Below are positions 1 through 9,378 of a stretch of 64,000 bases of DNA, piece by piece. The stretch is taken from contig JBGAML010000001.1 of the NCBI GenBank assembly GCA_044223005.1, positions 32,001-96,000 of the forward strand. The letters run 5' to 3'. Positions within the stretch are counted from its first letter, which is position 1. Each line of letters starts with the position of its first letter. Made by a program: the position numbers and the translations under genes. The notes under the pieces were generated by a model. It did no database searches and was not told the DNA's origin. It saw only the letters and a program-made list of their open reading frames with translations. The DNA comes from Candidatus Eiseniibacteriota bacterium (GTDB lineage: Bacteria; Eisenbacteria; RBG-16-71-46).

Positions 1-1
1 C

Positions 2-796
2 TTCTTCCACGTGCCCACGAACGAATGCTGGGCTCGCGACCACGGCCCCGCGTTCGTGGTCCGACGCGGACGCGGCGGCAAGCGCGAGATGGCGATCGTG
101 GACTGGGGCTACAACGCGTGGGGCGGCAAGTACCCGCCGTTCGACGCCGACGACGCCGTGCCCACGCGCCTCGCGGAACAGCTCGGCCTGCCGCTCTTTC
201 GCACGGACGTGGTGATGGAAGGCGGCGCCGTGGACTTCAACGGCGCCGGTTGCGTGCTCACGACCGAGAGCGTGCTGCTGAACCCGAACCGCAACCCGGG
301 TCTCTCGAAGCGCGCCGTCGAGAAGATCCTGCGCGAGTGGTACGGGCAGGAACGCGTGCTCTGGCTCGGCGAGGGTATCGAGGGCGACGACACCGACGGC
401 CACGTGGACGACCTCGCGCGCTTCCTCGATCCGCGCACGATCGTGACGGCGGTCGAGGACGACCCGCGCGACGCCAATCACAGGGTGCTGCGCGAGAACC
501 TGCGGCGGCTGCGACTCCTGCGCGACACGGCCGGCCGGCCGTTCGACATCGTGACGATCCCGATGCCGAAACGCGTCGAGCTCGAGGGCCAGCGGCTCCC
601 GGCCACGTACTTGAACTTCCTGTTCGTGAACGGGGCCGTGCTCGTGCCCACGTTCCGCGATCGCGCGAGCGAACGGATCGCGCTCGCGACGCTGCGACGG
701 GCGCTGCCGAAGCACGAAGTGATCGGAATCGACTGCTCGGACCTGATCTGGGGCCTGGGCGCGATCCACTGCCTGACGCAGCAGCAGCCCGCGTAA
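2..796 (+). CDS. Agmatine deiminase / peptidylarginine deiminase family protein (5' truncated by window edge)
   Basis: Motifs W.RD.GP, YNAWGGK, EGG..D.NG.G..LTTES, DDTDGHVD, A(T/S)YLNF, G.GAIHCLTQQQP; frame is open to the window start. Confidence 0.92.
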   Translation, partial: FFHVPTNECWARDHGPAFVVRRGRGGKREMAIVDWGYNAWGGKYPPFDADDAVPTRLAEQLGLPLFRTDVVMEGGAVDFNGAGCVLTTESVLLNPNRNPGLSKRAVEKILREWYGQERVLWLGEGIEGDDTDGHVDDLARFLDPRTIVTAVEDDPRDANHRVLRENLRRLRLLRDTAGRPFDIVTIPMPKRVELEGQRLPATYLNFLFVNGAVLVPTFRDRASERIALATLRRALPKHEVIGIDCSDLIWGLGAIHCLTQQQPA

Positions 797-833
797 TCCG
801 CGGTCGCGCCGGGCCTCGTGCGCGGATCGCGAG

Positions 834-2000
834 GTGCCGAAAACCCCGGGGACACCCGACCCCCTGGCGGGAGCCGCCGCGAGGGCACCCCCGGAGGCCC
901 GTTTGAGCGAACCCGCGAACACCGCACCCCACCGTGGCTCGACGCCCTGGTGGCTGCTGGTCCCCCTCGGCATCCTCGGCGTGCTCGCCGCGTGCGTGTT
1001 CGCGGTCGTGCTCGCGATCAGCGTCCCGCGCGAGTGCGGCGACATCGAACGGCGCATCGCCGCGTGGGACGACGACCCCGCCGTGCTCTTCCAGGCGCAG
1101 GCGCGCCTCAAGCTGGTGCTGTTCACGCACCCGAAGTCCGCACGCGCTTGGGCGCTCGCGTCGCGCCTGGCGCGTGTCGCGGGCGAGCCGGCCGAGGGCC
1201 AGGCATGGAACGCGAAGGCGATCGAGTACGCGCACCAGGGCGCGCGGCGCGCGATCGCGGCCGAGCCGCGCTCCTACGAGGGCCACGTCGCCGAGGGCTG
1301 GGCGTACGCGATCGCGGGCGATCCGCTGCTCGCGGCCGACGAGTGCCGCAAGGCTCAGGCGCTCGCACCCGCCGCGCCGCGCGTGCTCGAGCTGGCGGCG
1401 CGGATCGCGCGCGACGATCGCCGGCCCGACGACGCGCTCCGCGCCGGCACCGCGCTCGCGCGCTCGCCCGACGCGGATTCGCTGGCTCGCGCCGCCGGCT
1501 GGGCCGAACTGGCGCGGTTGCACGCCGGCATGGCGGCGCCCGAGCAGGCGGATTCGTGCTGGCGCGGGGCGCTGGCGCAGGCGCCGCGCTCGCCGGCGCT
1601 GCGGCGTGCGTACGCGCGCTGGCTCGGCTCGGTGAACCGGCACGACGCGGCGATCGCGCAGGCGGAGACGCTGGTGGCGGTTTCGCCGTCGGCACGCAGC
1701 CGCGCGGGGCGCGGGCACGCCCACGCCGAAAAGGGCGTCTGGCTGGTGGACGTCGCGCACGACCCCGCGCGCGCGCTCGAGCAGTTCGAGCTCGCGAGCG
1801 CCGACGAACCCGACGATCCGGCGATCTGGTTCAACATCGCGGTCGCCCGGCTCGGCCTCTGGCACGAGCGGCACGACGACGCCGACCGCGCCGCAGGACT
1901 CGCCGCCCTGGCCCGCGCCGAGCGGCTCGCGCCGCGGGACACCGACATCGAGCCGCTGCGGGCGATGTTCGACGAAAGCGCGGGAACCACCGCGCGCTGA
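834..2000 (+). CDS. Membrane-anchored TPR-repeat protein
   Basis: One N-terminal hydrophobic helix, then Ala-rich helical TPR-like repeats (A..L.P, W.N.A); start codon uncertain. Confidence 0.65.
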   Translation: MPKTPGTPDPLAGAAARAPPEARLSEPANTAPHRGSTPWWLLVPLGILGVLAACVFAVVLAISVPRECGDIERRIAAWDDDPAVLFQAQARLKLVLFTHPKSARAWALASRLARVAGEPAEGQAWNAKAIEYAHQGARRAIAAEPRSYEGHVAEGWAYAIAGDPLLAADECRKAQALAPAAPRVLELAARIARDDRRPDDALRAGTALARSPDADSLARAAGWAELARLHAGMAAPEQADSCWRGALAQAPRSPALRRAYARWLGSVNRHDAAIAQAETLVAVSPSARSRAGRGHAHAEKGVWLVDVAHDPARALEQFELASADEPDDPAIWFNIAVARLGLWHERHDDADRAAGLAALARAERLAPRDTDIEPLRAMFDESAGTTAR

Positions 2001-2047
2001 CCGGGTATCGACCGGTGCGCCGCCCGGGCAATGCGCTTCCGAAAAGC

Positions 2048-2064
2048 ACTTTGTATTGCAAAGT
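2048..2064. promoter_or_regulatory. AT-rich palindromic operator candidate ACTTTG-N5-CAAAGT upstream of creD
   Basis: Perfect 6-bp arms in an AT-rich patch of a very GC-rich sequence. Confidence 0.6.
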
Positions 2065-2211
2065 TATGACGTCTCCCCACGGAGCGTCGGCTACGCTCGT
2101 CCTGCGGGACGGACCGATCGCGGGACGATCGGCGCCGCCCGACGCGCGTGAGCACGCGCTCACGCCGACGCTTCGCACGGCCGCCGCGATGCGGCCCATC
2201 GGAGGAACTCC

Positions 2212-3579
2212 ATGAATCCCCTCTCCGGTCCGCAGTCCCCTCCGTCCTTCCTGCCGCGGGGCAGCGCGCCCGCCCTGCGCGCGCTGCTGCTCTTCGTGCT
2301 CGTGCTCGCGCTGCAGATCCCCACGCTGTTCATCACGTTCCTCGTCAAGGAGCGCAAGAACCGCCACGACGAGGCCGCGACCGAGATCGCTTCCAAGTGG
2401 GGCCGCCGCCAGAGCCTCACCGGGCCCGCGATGATCGTGCCGTGGACCCGGCACTGGACCGAGACCGACGAGAAGGGCGTCGTGCACGCCCGCAGCGAAC
2501 AGCGCCGGCTCGTGATCCTGCCCGAGTCGCTCGACGTCGACGCGAAGCTCACCACCGACGTCCGCAAGCGCGGCATCTACTCGGTGCCGGTCTACAAGCT
2601 CCGCTCGCAGTTCCACGGCCACTTCGCGCCGCCCGACTTCGCTGCCCTCGGCGTGACGCCGGCCGATGTCGACTGGAGCCGTGCGGTGCTCACCGTGGGG
2701 CTGTCGGACGCGCGCGCGATCCAGGAGCAGGTGGTGCTCGACTGGGACGGCCGCGCGATCGAGTTCCTGCCCGGCAACGCCGAGGGGCCCGAGATCGGCG
2801 AGGGTATCCACGCCGAACTCGACCTCGCCGACGCGCCGTGGACGAAGCCGTTCGCGTTCACGCTGCAGCTCAACGGGACCGACGGCGCGTTCTTCCGCCC
2901 GTTCGGCAAGGTCACCGACGTGCGGCTCGCGGGCGACTGGCCCAACCCCAGCTTCCAGGGGCTGTGGCTCCCCACCGAGCGCAGCGTCGGCGACAAGGCG
3001 TTCACCGCGCACTGGCGGATCCCGTCGCTCGGCCGCAACTACCCGCAGGCGTGGATCGACGGCAACGACGTCTCGGGCGCGATCAAGCAGTCGGAGTTCG
3101 GGCTCGACCTCGCCTCGGACATCGACGCCTACCGGCTCTGCGACCGGACGCTCAAGTACGCGATGCTCTTCTTCGTGCTCACGTTCACGGCCTTCTGGCT
3201 GCTCGAGGTGCTCGGCGGGCGGCCGCTGCACGTCGTGAACTACCTGTTGATCGGCGCCGCACTCGCGCTCTTCACCATGCTCGAGCTCGCGTTCTCGGAA
3301 CACGTGGGCTTCGGCATGGCGTACGCCATCGCGGGCGCCGCCGTGGTGGGGCTGATCGTCCACTACGCGTCGGCGATCCTCGGCAGCCTGCCGCGCGCGC
3401 TCATGGTCGGGCTCGGGCTCGGTCTGCTCTACGCGTTCCACTATGTCGTGCTGCGCAACGAGGACTATGCACTGCTGCTGGGCTCGCTGCTGCTCTTCCT
3501 CACGCTCGCGGCGGTGATGGGCCTCACGCGGCGCATCGACTGGTCGGGAGCGGGCGCCTCCGGCACGCCGCGCGCCTGA
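2212..3579 (+). CDS. creD: Cell envelope integrity inner membrane protein CreD
   Basis: LL.IP...I..LV.ER, KWG..Q.L.GP, RGIY.VPVY, WPNPSFQG..LP, YR..DR.LKYA, H.VNYLLIG.AL, EDYALLLGS; GGAGG RBS. Confidence 0.93.
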   Translation: MNPLSGPQSPPSFLPRGSAPALRALLLFVLVLALQIPTLFITFLVKERKNRHDEAATEIASKWGRRQSLTGPAMIVPWTRHWTETDEKGVVHARSEQRRLVILPESLDVDAKLTTDVRKRGIYSVPVYKLRSQFHGHFAPPDFAALGVTPADVDWSRAVLTVGLSDARAIQEQVVLDWDGRAIEFLPGNAEGPEIGEGIHAELDLADAPWTKPFAFTLQLNGTDGAFFRPFGKVTDVRLAGDWPNPSFQGLWLPTERSVGDKAFTAHWRIPSLGRNYPQAWIDGNDVSGAIKQSEFGLDLASDIDAYRLCDRTLKYAMLFFVLTFTAFWLLEVLGGRPLHVVNYLLIGAALALFTMLELAFSEHVGFGMAYAIAGAAVVGLIVHYASAILGSLPRALMVGLGLGLLYAFHYVVLRNEDYALLLGSLLLFLTLAAVMGLTRRIDWSGAGASGTPRA

Positions 3580-3596
3580 GCCCGTCCCGAATGCGA

Positions 3597-3630
3597 AACG
3601 CCCCGCGAGGCGCGAGCCTCGCGGGGCGTT
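3597..3630. terminator. Bidirectional hairpin terminator between creD and pfp
   Basis: AACGCCCCGCGAGGC-GCGA-GCCTCGCGGGGCGTT between convergent genes. Confidence 0.75.
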
Positions 3631-3652
3631 CGTGCATCACGGACCAGGCCGC

Positions 3653-5059
3653 TCAGTCGCCGCCGCGCGCCGACTTGCCGGCCGGCGCCCCCGGTGCTGC
3701 CGGAGCCGCCGGAGCGGGCACGGCCTTCTTCGACGCCTCGGCCCGCGCCGCACTGCTCGCCCGCAGCGCGTTCGCGAGCGCCTTGTCGAACAGGTGGATG
3801 GCCGGCAGCTCGTCCGAGATCAGGTACTCGAACTCCTTGCGGAACTGTTCGAGCGACATGTGCGCGGTGGCCGCGAAGCGGGCCAGCTCGTGCTCGTCCT
3901 CGAAGTCGTCCCGCCGGAGCCGGATCATGTAGCGGCGCGCGATCGCGTACCGCGTCGAGTGGATGTCGACCATGCGCGTCTTGGCGCGGCCGCTGATCGG
4001 GTCGAGCAGGTCCTTGAACGGGATCGGCACGAACTGGCCCGCCTGCATCGACACCAGCGCGGCGTTGCCGCCCTCGAGCAGGTACTTGGTGGCGCAGTAG
4101 CCGAGGTCGCGCGTGTACTCCATGTCGTTCGGGATCGGATCGGCGCAGCGCAGCTCGTAGCCGATGTTCTTCTCGACGATCGTCGTGTTGAGCCCGAACT
4201 CCTTGAGCCGCTTCTGCACGGCGCGCTTGAGCATCTCGCCGATGTTGACCTCGGCGATCCGCACGTGGCCGTGCGCGTCGCGCTCGACGTCGTCGAAGTT
4301 CTCGAAGTCCTGCGGGTCGATGCTCAGCACGACGCCCTCGGCGATCACCGCGACACCGTCGCGGCGGCCGTACGCGAGCCGCTTGATGATCGCGCACACC
4401 AGCGTGTCGACCAGGCTCTTGAGCCGGATCGGCTGCGTCGCGAACTCCTCGGGCACGAGCGTGAGCGTGGAGCCTGCGGCCTTGCCGATCCCGAGCGCGA
4501 GGTGCCCGGCCTTGCGGCCCATCGCGATGATGAAGTACCAGCGCGACGTGGTCTTGGCGTCGACCATGATGTTCTTCACGATCTCGACGCCGATGTGGCG
4601 CGCGGTCTGGTAGCCGAACGTGTCCACGTGCATCGGCAGGTCGAGGTCGTTGTCGATCGACTTGGGCACGTGCACCACGTGGATGCGGCCGGCCGACTTC
4701 TCCTCGAGCTTCATGGCCGAAAAGGCCGTGTCGTCGCCGCCGATCGTGACCAGGTCCGTGACGCCCAGGCGCAGCAGCGAGATCACCGCGTTCTCGAGCA
4801 GCTGCGGGTCCTTGGTCGGGTTCGCGCGCGAGATGCCGATGTGCGAGCCGCCGCGGAAGTGGATCCGCGAGATGCCCTCGATCGTGAGCGGGCGGACGTG
4901 GTCGATGTTGCCCTGCATGATCCACTCGAAGCCGTCCTCGATGCCGACGACTTCGACGCCCTCGAGCAGCGCGCGGATGGTGGCGGCGGCGATCACGCTG
5001 TTGATGCCCGGAGCCGGGCCGCCGCCGACCAGGATCGCGAGTTTCTTGTGGTGCTTCAT
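3653..5059 (-). CDS. pfp: Pyrophosphate-dependent 6-phosphofructokinase
   Basis: GGGPAPGIN, GGDDT (Asp) plus PKSIDND (Lys) signature of PPi specificity, MGR, GYELRC. Confidence 0.9.
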   Translation of the reverse strand: MKHHKKLAILVGGGPAPGINSVIAAATIRALLEGVEVVGIEDGFEWIMQGNIDHVRPLTIEGISRIHFRGGSHIGISRANPTKDPQLLENAVISLLRLGVTDLVTIGGDDTAFSAMKLEEKSAGRIHVVHVPKSIDNDLDLPMHVDTFGYQTARHIGVEIVKNIMVDAKTTSRWYFIIAMGRKAGHLALGIGKAAGSTLTLVPEEFATQPIRLKSLVDTLVCAIIKRLAYGRRDGVAVIAEGVVLSIDPQDFENFDDVERDAHGHVRIAEVNIGEMLKRAVQKRLKEFGLNTTIVEKNIGYELRCADPIPNDMEYTRDLGYCATKYLLEGGNAALVSMQAGQFVPIPFKDLLDPISGRAKTRMVDIHSTRYAIARRYMIRLRRDDFEDEHELARFAATAHMSLEQFRKEFEYLISDELPAIHLFDKALANALRASSAARAEASKKAVPAPAAPAAPGAPAGKSARGGD

Positions 5060-5152
5060 GCTTCACTCCTGCGGGAGATTGGGTTCATCCGAGTCCGGTA
5101 GTCCGGAATTCTCCCGGAGCGTGCACCACGTCGCGGCGCGCGCGCAAACCCG

Positions 5153-5173
5153 TGTTTCACCGCGGATGAAACA
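5153..5173. promoter_or_regulatory. Palindromic operator candidate TGTTTCA-N7-TGAAACA upstream of pfp
   Basis: Perfect 7-bp AT-rich arms about 95 bp upstream of the pfp start. Confidence 0.45.
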
Positions 5174-5176
5174 GGC

Positions 5177-5204
5177 GGGGCGCGGTCCGAACGGACCGCG
5201 CCCC
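5177..5204 (-). terminator. Hairpin downstream of the P-loop protein gene
   Basis: GGGGCGCGGTCC-GTTC-GGACCGCGCCCC on the minus strand, followed by GCCTGTTTC. Confidence 0.55.
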
Positions 5205-5223
5205 ATGATGCGATGGTGGCTGC

Positions 5224-6204
5224 TCAGCCGCGCTTCGCGTTCAGCTCCGCGAGCCGCGCCAGGGCGCCGCCCAGACCTTCGTGCAGCGCCTTCACGTTCG
5301 CCGGGTCCCACTGCGCGCGGTCGGCGCGAACAAAGGTCGTCTTGTCGACGCGGTTGTCGAAGCGCGCCACCGGGATGTAGTACGTGCGGCCGCGCGTCTC
5401 GAGCTTGATCGTGTCCGGCCGGTCGGAGTGCTGGATCAGCCACTCCATGTCGTCGCAGCCGTAGTCGCCGAGCATCACCGCCATCGGCACGCCGTGGTGG
5501 AGGATCGAGCCCGGGTCGTTCGGGTCCGTGCGCTCGTGGTTCTTGCGTCGCGACTCCTCGGGCGTCACCCACACGTAGAGGATCGTCGCCTTGGCGAGAA
5601 TCGCGTCGCTGAACTGCGCGATCGAGTACATGTAGCCGAGCGGCGCCGGCAGCGGCAGCGTCGCGCCGTCCGGACCGCCACGCGCGGCTTCGATCACGAT
5701 CGTGCGGCCCTCGAGCGAATCCGGGATGCCCTCGTTCTTGTCGGCCAGCAGCTGCTTCGACTCGGCCTCGAGCGCGGCGACGAGCTCGGCGCGCAGCGGC
5801 GCGGCCAGCGCGCCCAACGCGGGCGTCGCGCCCACCTTCCTGCGCGCGGCGTCGAAGCGGTCGAGCAGCCACGTCGCAGCCGACGCGGGCGACGCGCGGC
5901 GCTTCGTGACGAGATCGTCGAAGTCCTCGTTCAGCAGCTGGATCAGCGTGCCCCAGTCGCGCGACTCCTTCATCGGGAGATCGTCGCTGTCGAAGAAGAC
6001 GCCGTCCTGCCCGCGCTTGCGCAGCTCCTGGCTCACGCGGCGCATCATGTGGACGTAGGGGTAGTCGTCGAGCTGGACCGTGGGGCCCATGTGCATCTCG
6101 TCCCGGCACTGCTGCGGCGTGAGGTTCGCCATGTAGCGGCGCACCTCGGACTTGCCCGAGGCGGGCAGCGCGAGCAGGAGGACGACGTCGAGAACCTGGC
6201 TCAT
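5224..6204 (-). CDS. Hypothetical P-loop NTPase/kinase-like protein
   Basis: N-terminal hydrophobic strand then ALPASGKS (Walker A-like), later TIVIEAARGG; strong GC3 codon bias; TATAGT -10 candidate at 6280-6285. Confidence 0.75.
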   Translation of the reverse strand: MSQVLDVVLLLALPASGKSEVRRYMANLTPQQCRDEMHMGPTVQLDDYPYVHMMRRVSQELRKRGQDGVFFDSDDLPMKESRDWGTLIQLLNEDFDDLVTKRRASPASAATWLLDRFDAARRKVGATPALGALAAPLRAELVAALEAESKQLLADKNEGIPDSLEGRTIVIEAARGGPDGATLPLPAPLGYMYSIAQFSDAILAKATILYVWVTPEESRRKNHERTDPNDPGSILHHGVPMAVMLGDYGCDDMEWLIQHSDRPDTIKLETRGRTYYIPVARFDNRVDKTTFVRADRAQWDPANVKALHEGLGGALARLAELNAKRG

Positions 6205-6321
6205 GGAAGGAGATTCGCTTTCGGAGATGAGAGTGGACGTGGGGTCCGGTGTGATGTCGGAACGCGAAACCGCCCGGGGACTATAGCCTCGGGCGGCTTC
6301 GCGCGTCATTCCGGCAATCGG

Positions 6322-6960
6322 TCAGTGGCGATCCCCATCCGGACGGCCCATGCCCCCCGGTCCGCCGGGACCACCCGGCCCGCCCGGGCCACCGGGGCCA
6401 CCGGGGCCACCGGGCCCGCCTTGCCCCGGGCGTCCGGGCGGCCGCTGCGGCTTCGCGTGACCCTGGTGGCAGGTGTAGCAGCCGACGTGCGGCGCGTCGT
6501 CGTCGGGCCACGGGATGTGCCGGATCACCGAGTCGTTGAGCGCCGACGTCATGCGCATCATGCCGCGCGCCACGGCCTTGGTCTTCTTGTCCTCGTCGGC
6601 CCAGTGGTTGTCGACGTGGCAGTGCGAGCACGGCACGCCGAGCGCGCCCCCGATGCTGTTCATGGAGCGCAGCACGCGCTCGGCCGGGATGCCCTTCATG
6701 AGTTCGAGGTTCTTCCACACGCTCTCGGCCGGGGCGCTCTCGCGGCCCTTGATGCGCTCCATCGTGATCTTGACGAAGCTGTCCCGCTCGGCCGCGAACG
6801 AGTCGGTCGCGTACGGCTGCCAGCGCTGGAACGTGCGGCCCGGGCCACCGGGGCCGCCGGAACCGCCGCCCGGGCGATCGGGCCCCTGGGCCCGCGCGCT
6901 CAGCGCGGAGACGACGACACATGCGAGCAGCGCGGCGGCGGCGAGAGGGCGACGGCGCAT
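6322..6960 (-). CDS. Secreted diheme c-type cytochrome, photosynthetic reaction-centre cytochrome (PufC)-like family
   Basis: Signal peptide, KNL..M.G...M...LGV.CSHCH, K..AR.M..M...N, CYTCH.G..KP; GGAGG RBS. Confidence 0.85.
   Translation of the reverse strand: MRRRPLAAAALLACVVVSALSARAQGPDRPGGGSGGPGGPGRTFQRWQPYATDSFAAERDSFVKITMERIKGRESAPAESVWKNLELMKGIPAERVLRSMNSIGGALGVPCSHCHVDNHWADEDKKTKAVARGMMRMTSALNDSVIRHIPWPDDDAPHVGCYTCHQGHAKPQRPPGRPGQGGPGGPGGPGGPGGPGGPGGPGGMGRPDGDRH
6352..6420 (-). repeat. 9-bp coding tandem repeat encoding (GGP)7GG tail
   Basis: Degenerate 9-nt units at the 3' end of the cytochrome gene. Confidence 0.85.
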
Positions 6961-7138
6961 GGGACCTCCGGGTGGCGTGCGCGGGGCGTCGGGAAGGCGG
7001 GAAGCATAGATGCACCGCTCGCCGCACCGCAGCAGGAATCCGCCGGGCGGCGGCGTTCTTGACCCTCCCCGGGCCCTCTGGAATCCTCGCCGTTCACGCA
7101 CACCCCTCCACGCCGTCCCACCCGTACGGATGCCCGCC

Positions 7139-8155
7139 ATGACCGACGCCGCCCCGGACGACCTGTTCGACCTCACGATCATCGGCGCCGGGCCCGTCGG
7201 GCTCTTCGGCGCCTTCTACGCCGGCATGCGAGGCATGAAGGTGAAGCTGGTGGACAGCCTCGCCGAGCTCGGCGGCCAGTTGAGCGCGCTCTATCCCGAC
7301 AAGTACATCTACGACATGGCGGGCTTCCCCAAGGTGCTCGCGCGCGATCTCGTCCGTGACCTGTCGGAGCAGGCGATGCAGTTCCATCCCGCGATCTGCC
7401 TCGAGGAGAAGGTCACGACGCTGACCCCCGTCGAGGGCGGGTTCGAGCTCGGCACCGAGCGCGGCCGCACGCACCGCACCAAGACCGTGCTCATCACCGC
7501 GGGCGTCGGCGCGTTCGCGCCCAAGAAGCTCGAGAACGCCGAGTTCGCGAAGTGGGAAGGCAAGGGCCTCCACTACGTGATCCCGAACCTCAAGATCTTC
7601 GCGGGCCGGCGCGTGCTGGTGGTGGGTGGTGGCGACTCCGCGGTCGACTGGGCGCTGCACCTGGAGGAGATCGCGAAGGAGGTCACGCTGATCCACCGGC
7701 GCGACAGCTTCCGCGCGCACGAGGACAGCGTGAAGAAGCTGCACGCCTCGAGCGCGAAGGTCGTGCTCTTCCACGAACTGAAGGACGTCCAGGGCGACGA
7801 CCGCGTGCGGCGCGCGGTGATCTTCGACAACCGCTCGAAGGAGGAGACCACGGTCGAGATCGACGACCTGGTCGTGAACTTCGGCTTCCTCGCGAACCTC
7901 GGCCCCATCAAGACGTGGGGGCTGAACTTCGAGAAGATCTCGATCGTCGTGAACCAGCAGATGGAGACGAACATTCCCGGCGTCATGGCCGCGGGCGACA
8001 TCACCACCTACCCGGGCAAGCTCAAGCTCATCGTCACGGGCGTGGGCGAGGCGACCATGGCCGTCTGTACCGCGAAGATGCGCTGCGATCCCAAGGCCAG
8101 CTACTTCCCCGGTCACTCGTCGGGCTCCGCCGCGTTCGGCGAGGGCGGTCACTGA
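7139..8155 (+). CDS. Ferredoxin--NADP+ reductase, thioredoxin-reductase (YumC) type
   Basis: GAGPVGL, LGGQL.ALYPDKYIYD.AGFP, GGGDSAVDWA, HRRD.FRAH, AAGDI.TYPGKLKLI, PGHSS; no CxxC redox pair. Confidence 0.9.
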   Translation: MTDAAPDDLFDLTIIGAGPVGLFGAFYAGMRGMKVKLVDSLAELGGQLSALYPDKYIYDMAGFPKVLARDLVRDLSEQAMQFHPAICLEEKVTTLTPVEGGFELGTERGRTHRTKTVLITAGVGAFAPKKLENAEFAKWEGKGLHYVIPNLKIFAGRRVLVVGGGDSAVDWALHLEEIAKEVTLIHRRDSFRAHEDSVKKLHASSAKVVLFHELKDVQGDDRVRRAVIFDNRSKEETTVEIDDLVVNFGFLANLGPIKTWGLNFEKISIVVNQQMETNIPGVMAAGDITTYPGKLKLIVTGVGEATMAVCTAKMRCDPKASYFPGHSSGSAAFGEGGH

Positions 8156-8160
8156 GGCCC

Positions 8161-8934
8161 ATGCGGGCCGCGAACCGCGTGACGCGGAGGGCGACCCGCC
8201 TCGCGGCCGTCCTCGGGCTGGCGACCGCGCTCGCCACGCCCGCGCACGGAGCGGATCCGTCGCAGCAGCACCTCGGCGAAGAGGCGTGCGTGGCGGCACT
8301 GCTCGACGCGGGCCGCGTGACGGTCGAGTTCTACGATCGCGAGGGCAAGCCGAGCTGGGGCGGTGACGCGGTCTTCCATGCCGACCAGCGCAACCACTTC
8401 ACCTACACGTACCGCTGGTTCGCCCGCGGCGAGTCGACCGAGGTGGTGATCGACGCGAAAGCCTCGCTCGAGATCCTGCCGATGCACACGATCCACCTGC
8501 CCCGGGGCCTGAACGATTCCACCGAGTGGTACCGGCGGCTGCGCCTCCACGAGCTGGATCACGTCGCCGTGTCGACGGACGAACGCCCGCGCCTCCTCGC
8601 CCGCTGGCTCGTCGCCCACCTGCCGCCCGTGGTGCGGCGCGTGCCGCGCGGCGAGGTCGTCGGTACGGCGCTCGCGAATCGCGCGATCGGCGAGGAGATC
8701 GAGGCGCGCTACCGCGCGGTGGTGAACCTGATCCAGGCCCAGGAGGCGCGACTGGATTCCGTGACCGCGCACGGTGTCGCGCCGCTTCCCGACCGGGAAG
8801 CGTTCTTCGCCGCGCTGTACGATGCCGGCGGGCTCGCGGCCGCGCGCTTCCCCTACCTCACCGACGTCGCGGCGCTGCTGGACGAGCCCCGCTACCGCAA
8901 CGCGCCGCGTCCGCGGTGCGATCCCACTCCCTGA
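8161..8934 (+). CDS. Secreted hypothetical protein with HExxH motif (DUF922-like putative Zn peptidase)
   Basis: Signal peptide ending AHG; I.LP.....W...L.LHELDH and Q..LD.VT.HG. Confidence 0.55.
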   Translation: MRAANRVTRRATRLAAVLGLATALATPAHGADPSQQHLGEEACVAALLDAGRVTVEFYDREGKPSWGGDAVFHADQRNHFTYTYRWFARGESTEVVIDAKASLEILPMHTIHLPRGLNDSTEWYRRLRLHELDHVAVSTDERPRLLARWLVAHLPPVVRRVPRGEVVGTALANRAIGEEIEARYRAVVNLIQAQEARLDSVTAHGVAPLPDREAFFAALYDAGGLAAARFPYLTDVAALLDEPRYRNAPRPRCDPTP

Positions 8935-8942
8935 AGGACGCC

Positions 8943-9185
8943 ATGACCGGCACGCCCGAACCCGCCGACGACCCGCGCGCCTCGATCCCCCGCTTCGTCG
9001 CGCGCACGGTGCTGCTCTTCGTCTCGATCGCGCTGCTCTTCCCCAACCTGCTCGACCGTTTCACCGCCGGCGCGTGGGCGCGCTGGGTGAACAGCCTCGG
9101 TGCCGGCCGCTGGGCCGCGTGGGGCGCGTGCTTCGTCGCGATGATGGTGCTGCGTTTCGCAGGCGGACCCAAGCGCGGCGAGTGA
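8943..9185 (+). CDS. Small two-TM membrane protein
   Basis: AAGGA RBS, two hydrophobic segments, 80 aa. Confidence 0.6.
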   Translation: MTGTPEPADDPRASIPRFVARTVLLFVSIALLFPNLLDRFTAGAWARWVNSLGAGRWAAWGACFVAMMVLRFAGGPKRGE

Positions 9186-9378
9186 GCCGGCGCGAACGCC
9201 AAAACCGTTCTCCCACCGAGGATGTTCCCCCACAAGCGCGCACGCTCGTGCGATTTGCACGCCGAAACCACCACGCGCGGCGATTCGTAATTCACTCGAC
9301 CGGCGAACGGGAGCGGTTGCCGCCAATGCGGGCGTCCGCCACACTCCCGCCGGTCCCGAACCGGAAGGAGCCGCTCCG

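Noticed and set aside
6322..6960. Evidence of phototrophy from the PufC-like gene
   Set aside because: Only two hemes and no pufLM or bch genes; the AAA ATPase at 62127-63641 is the generic vWA-associated type, not demonstrably BchI.
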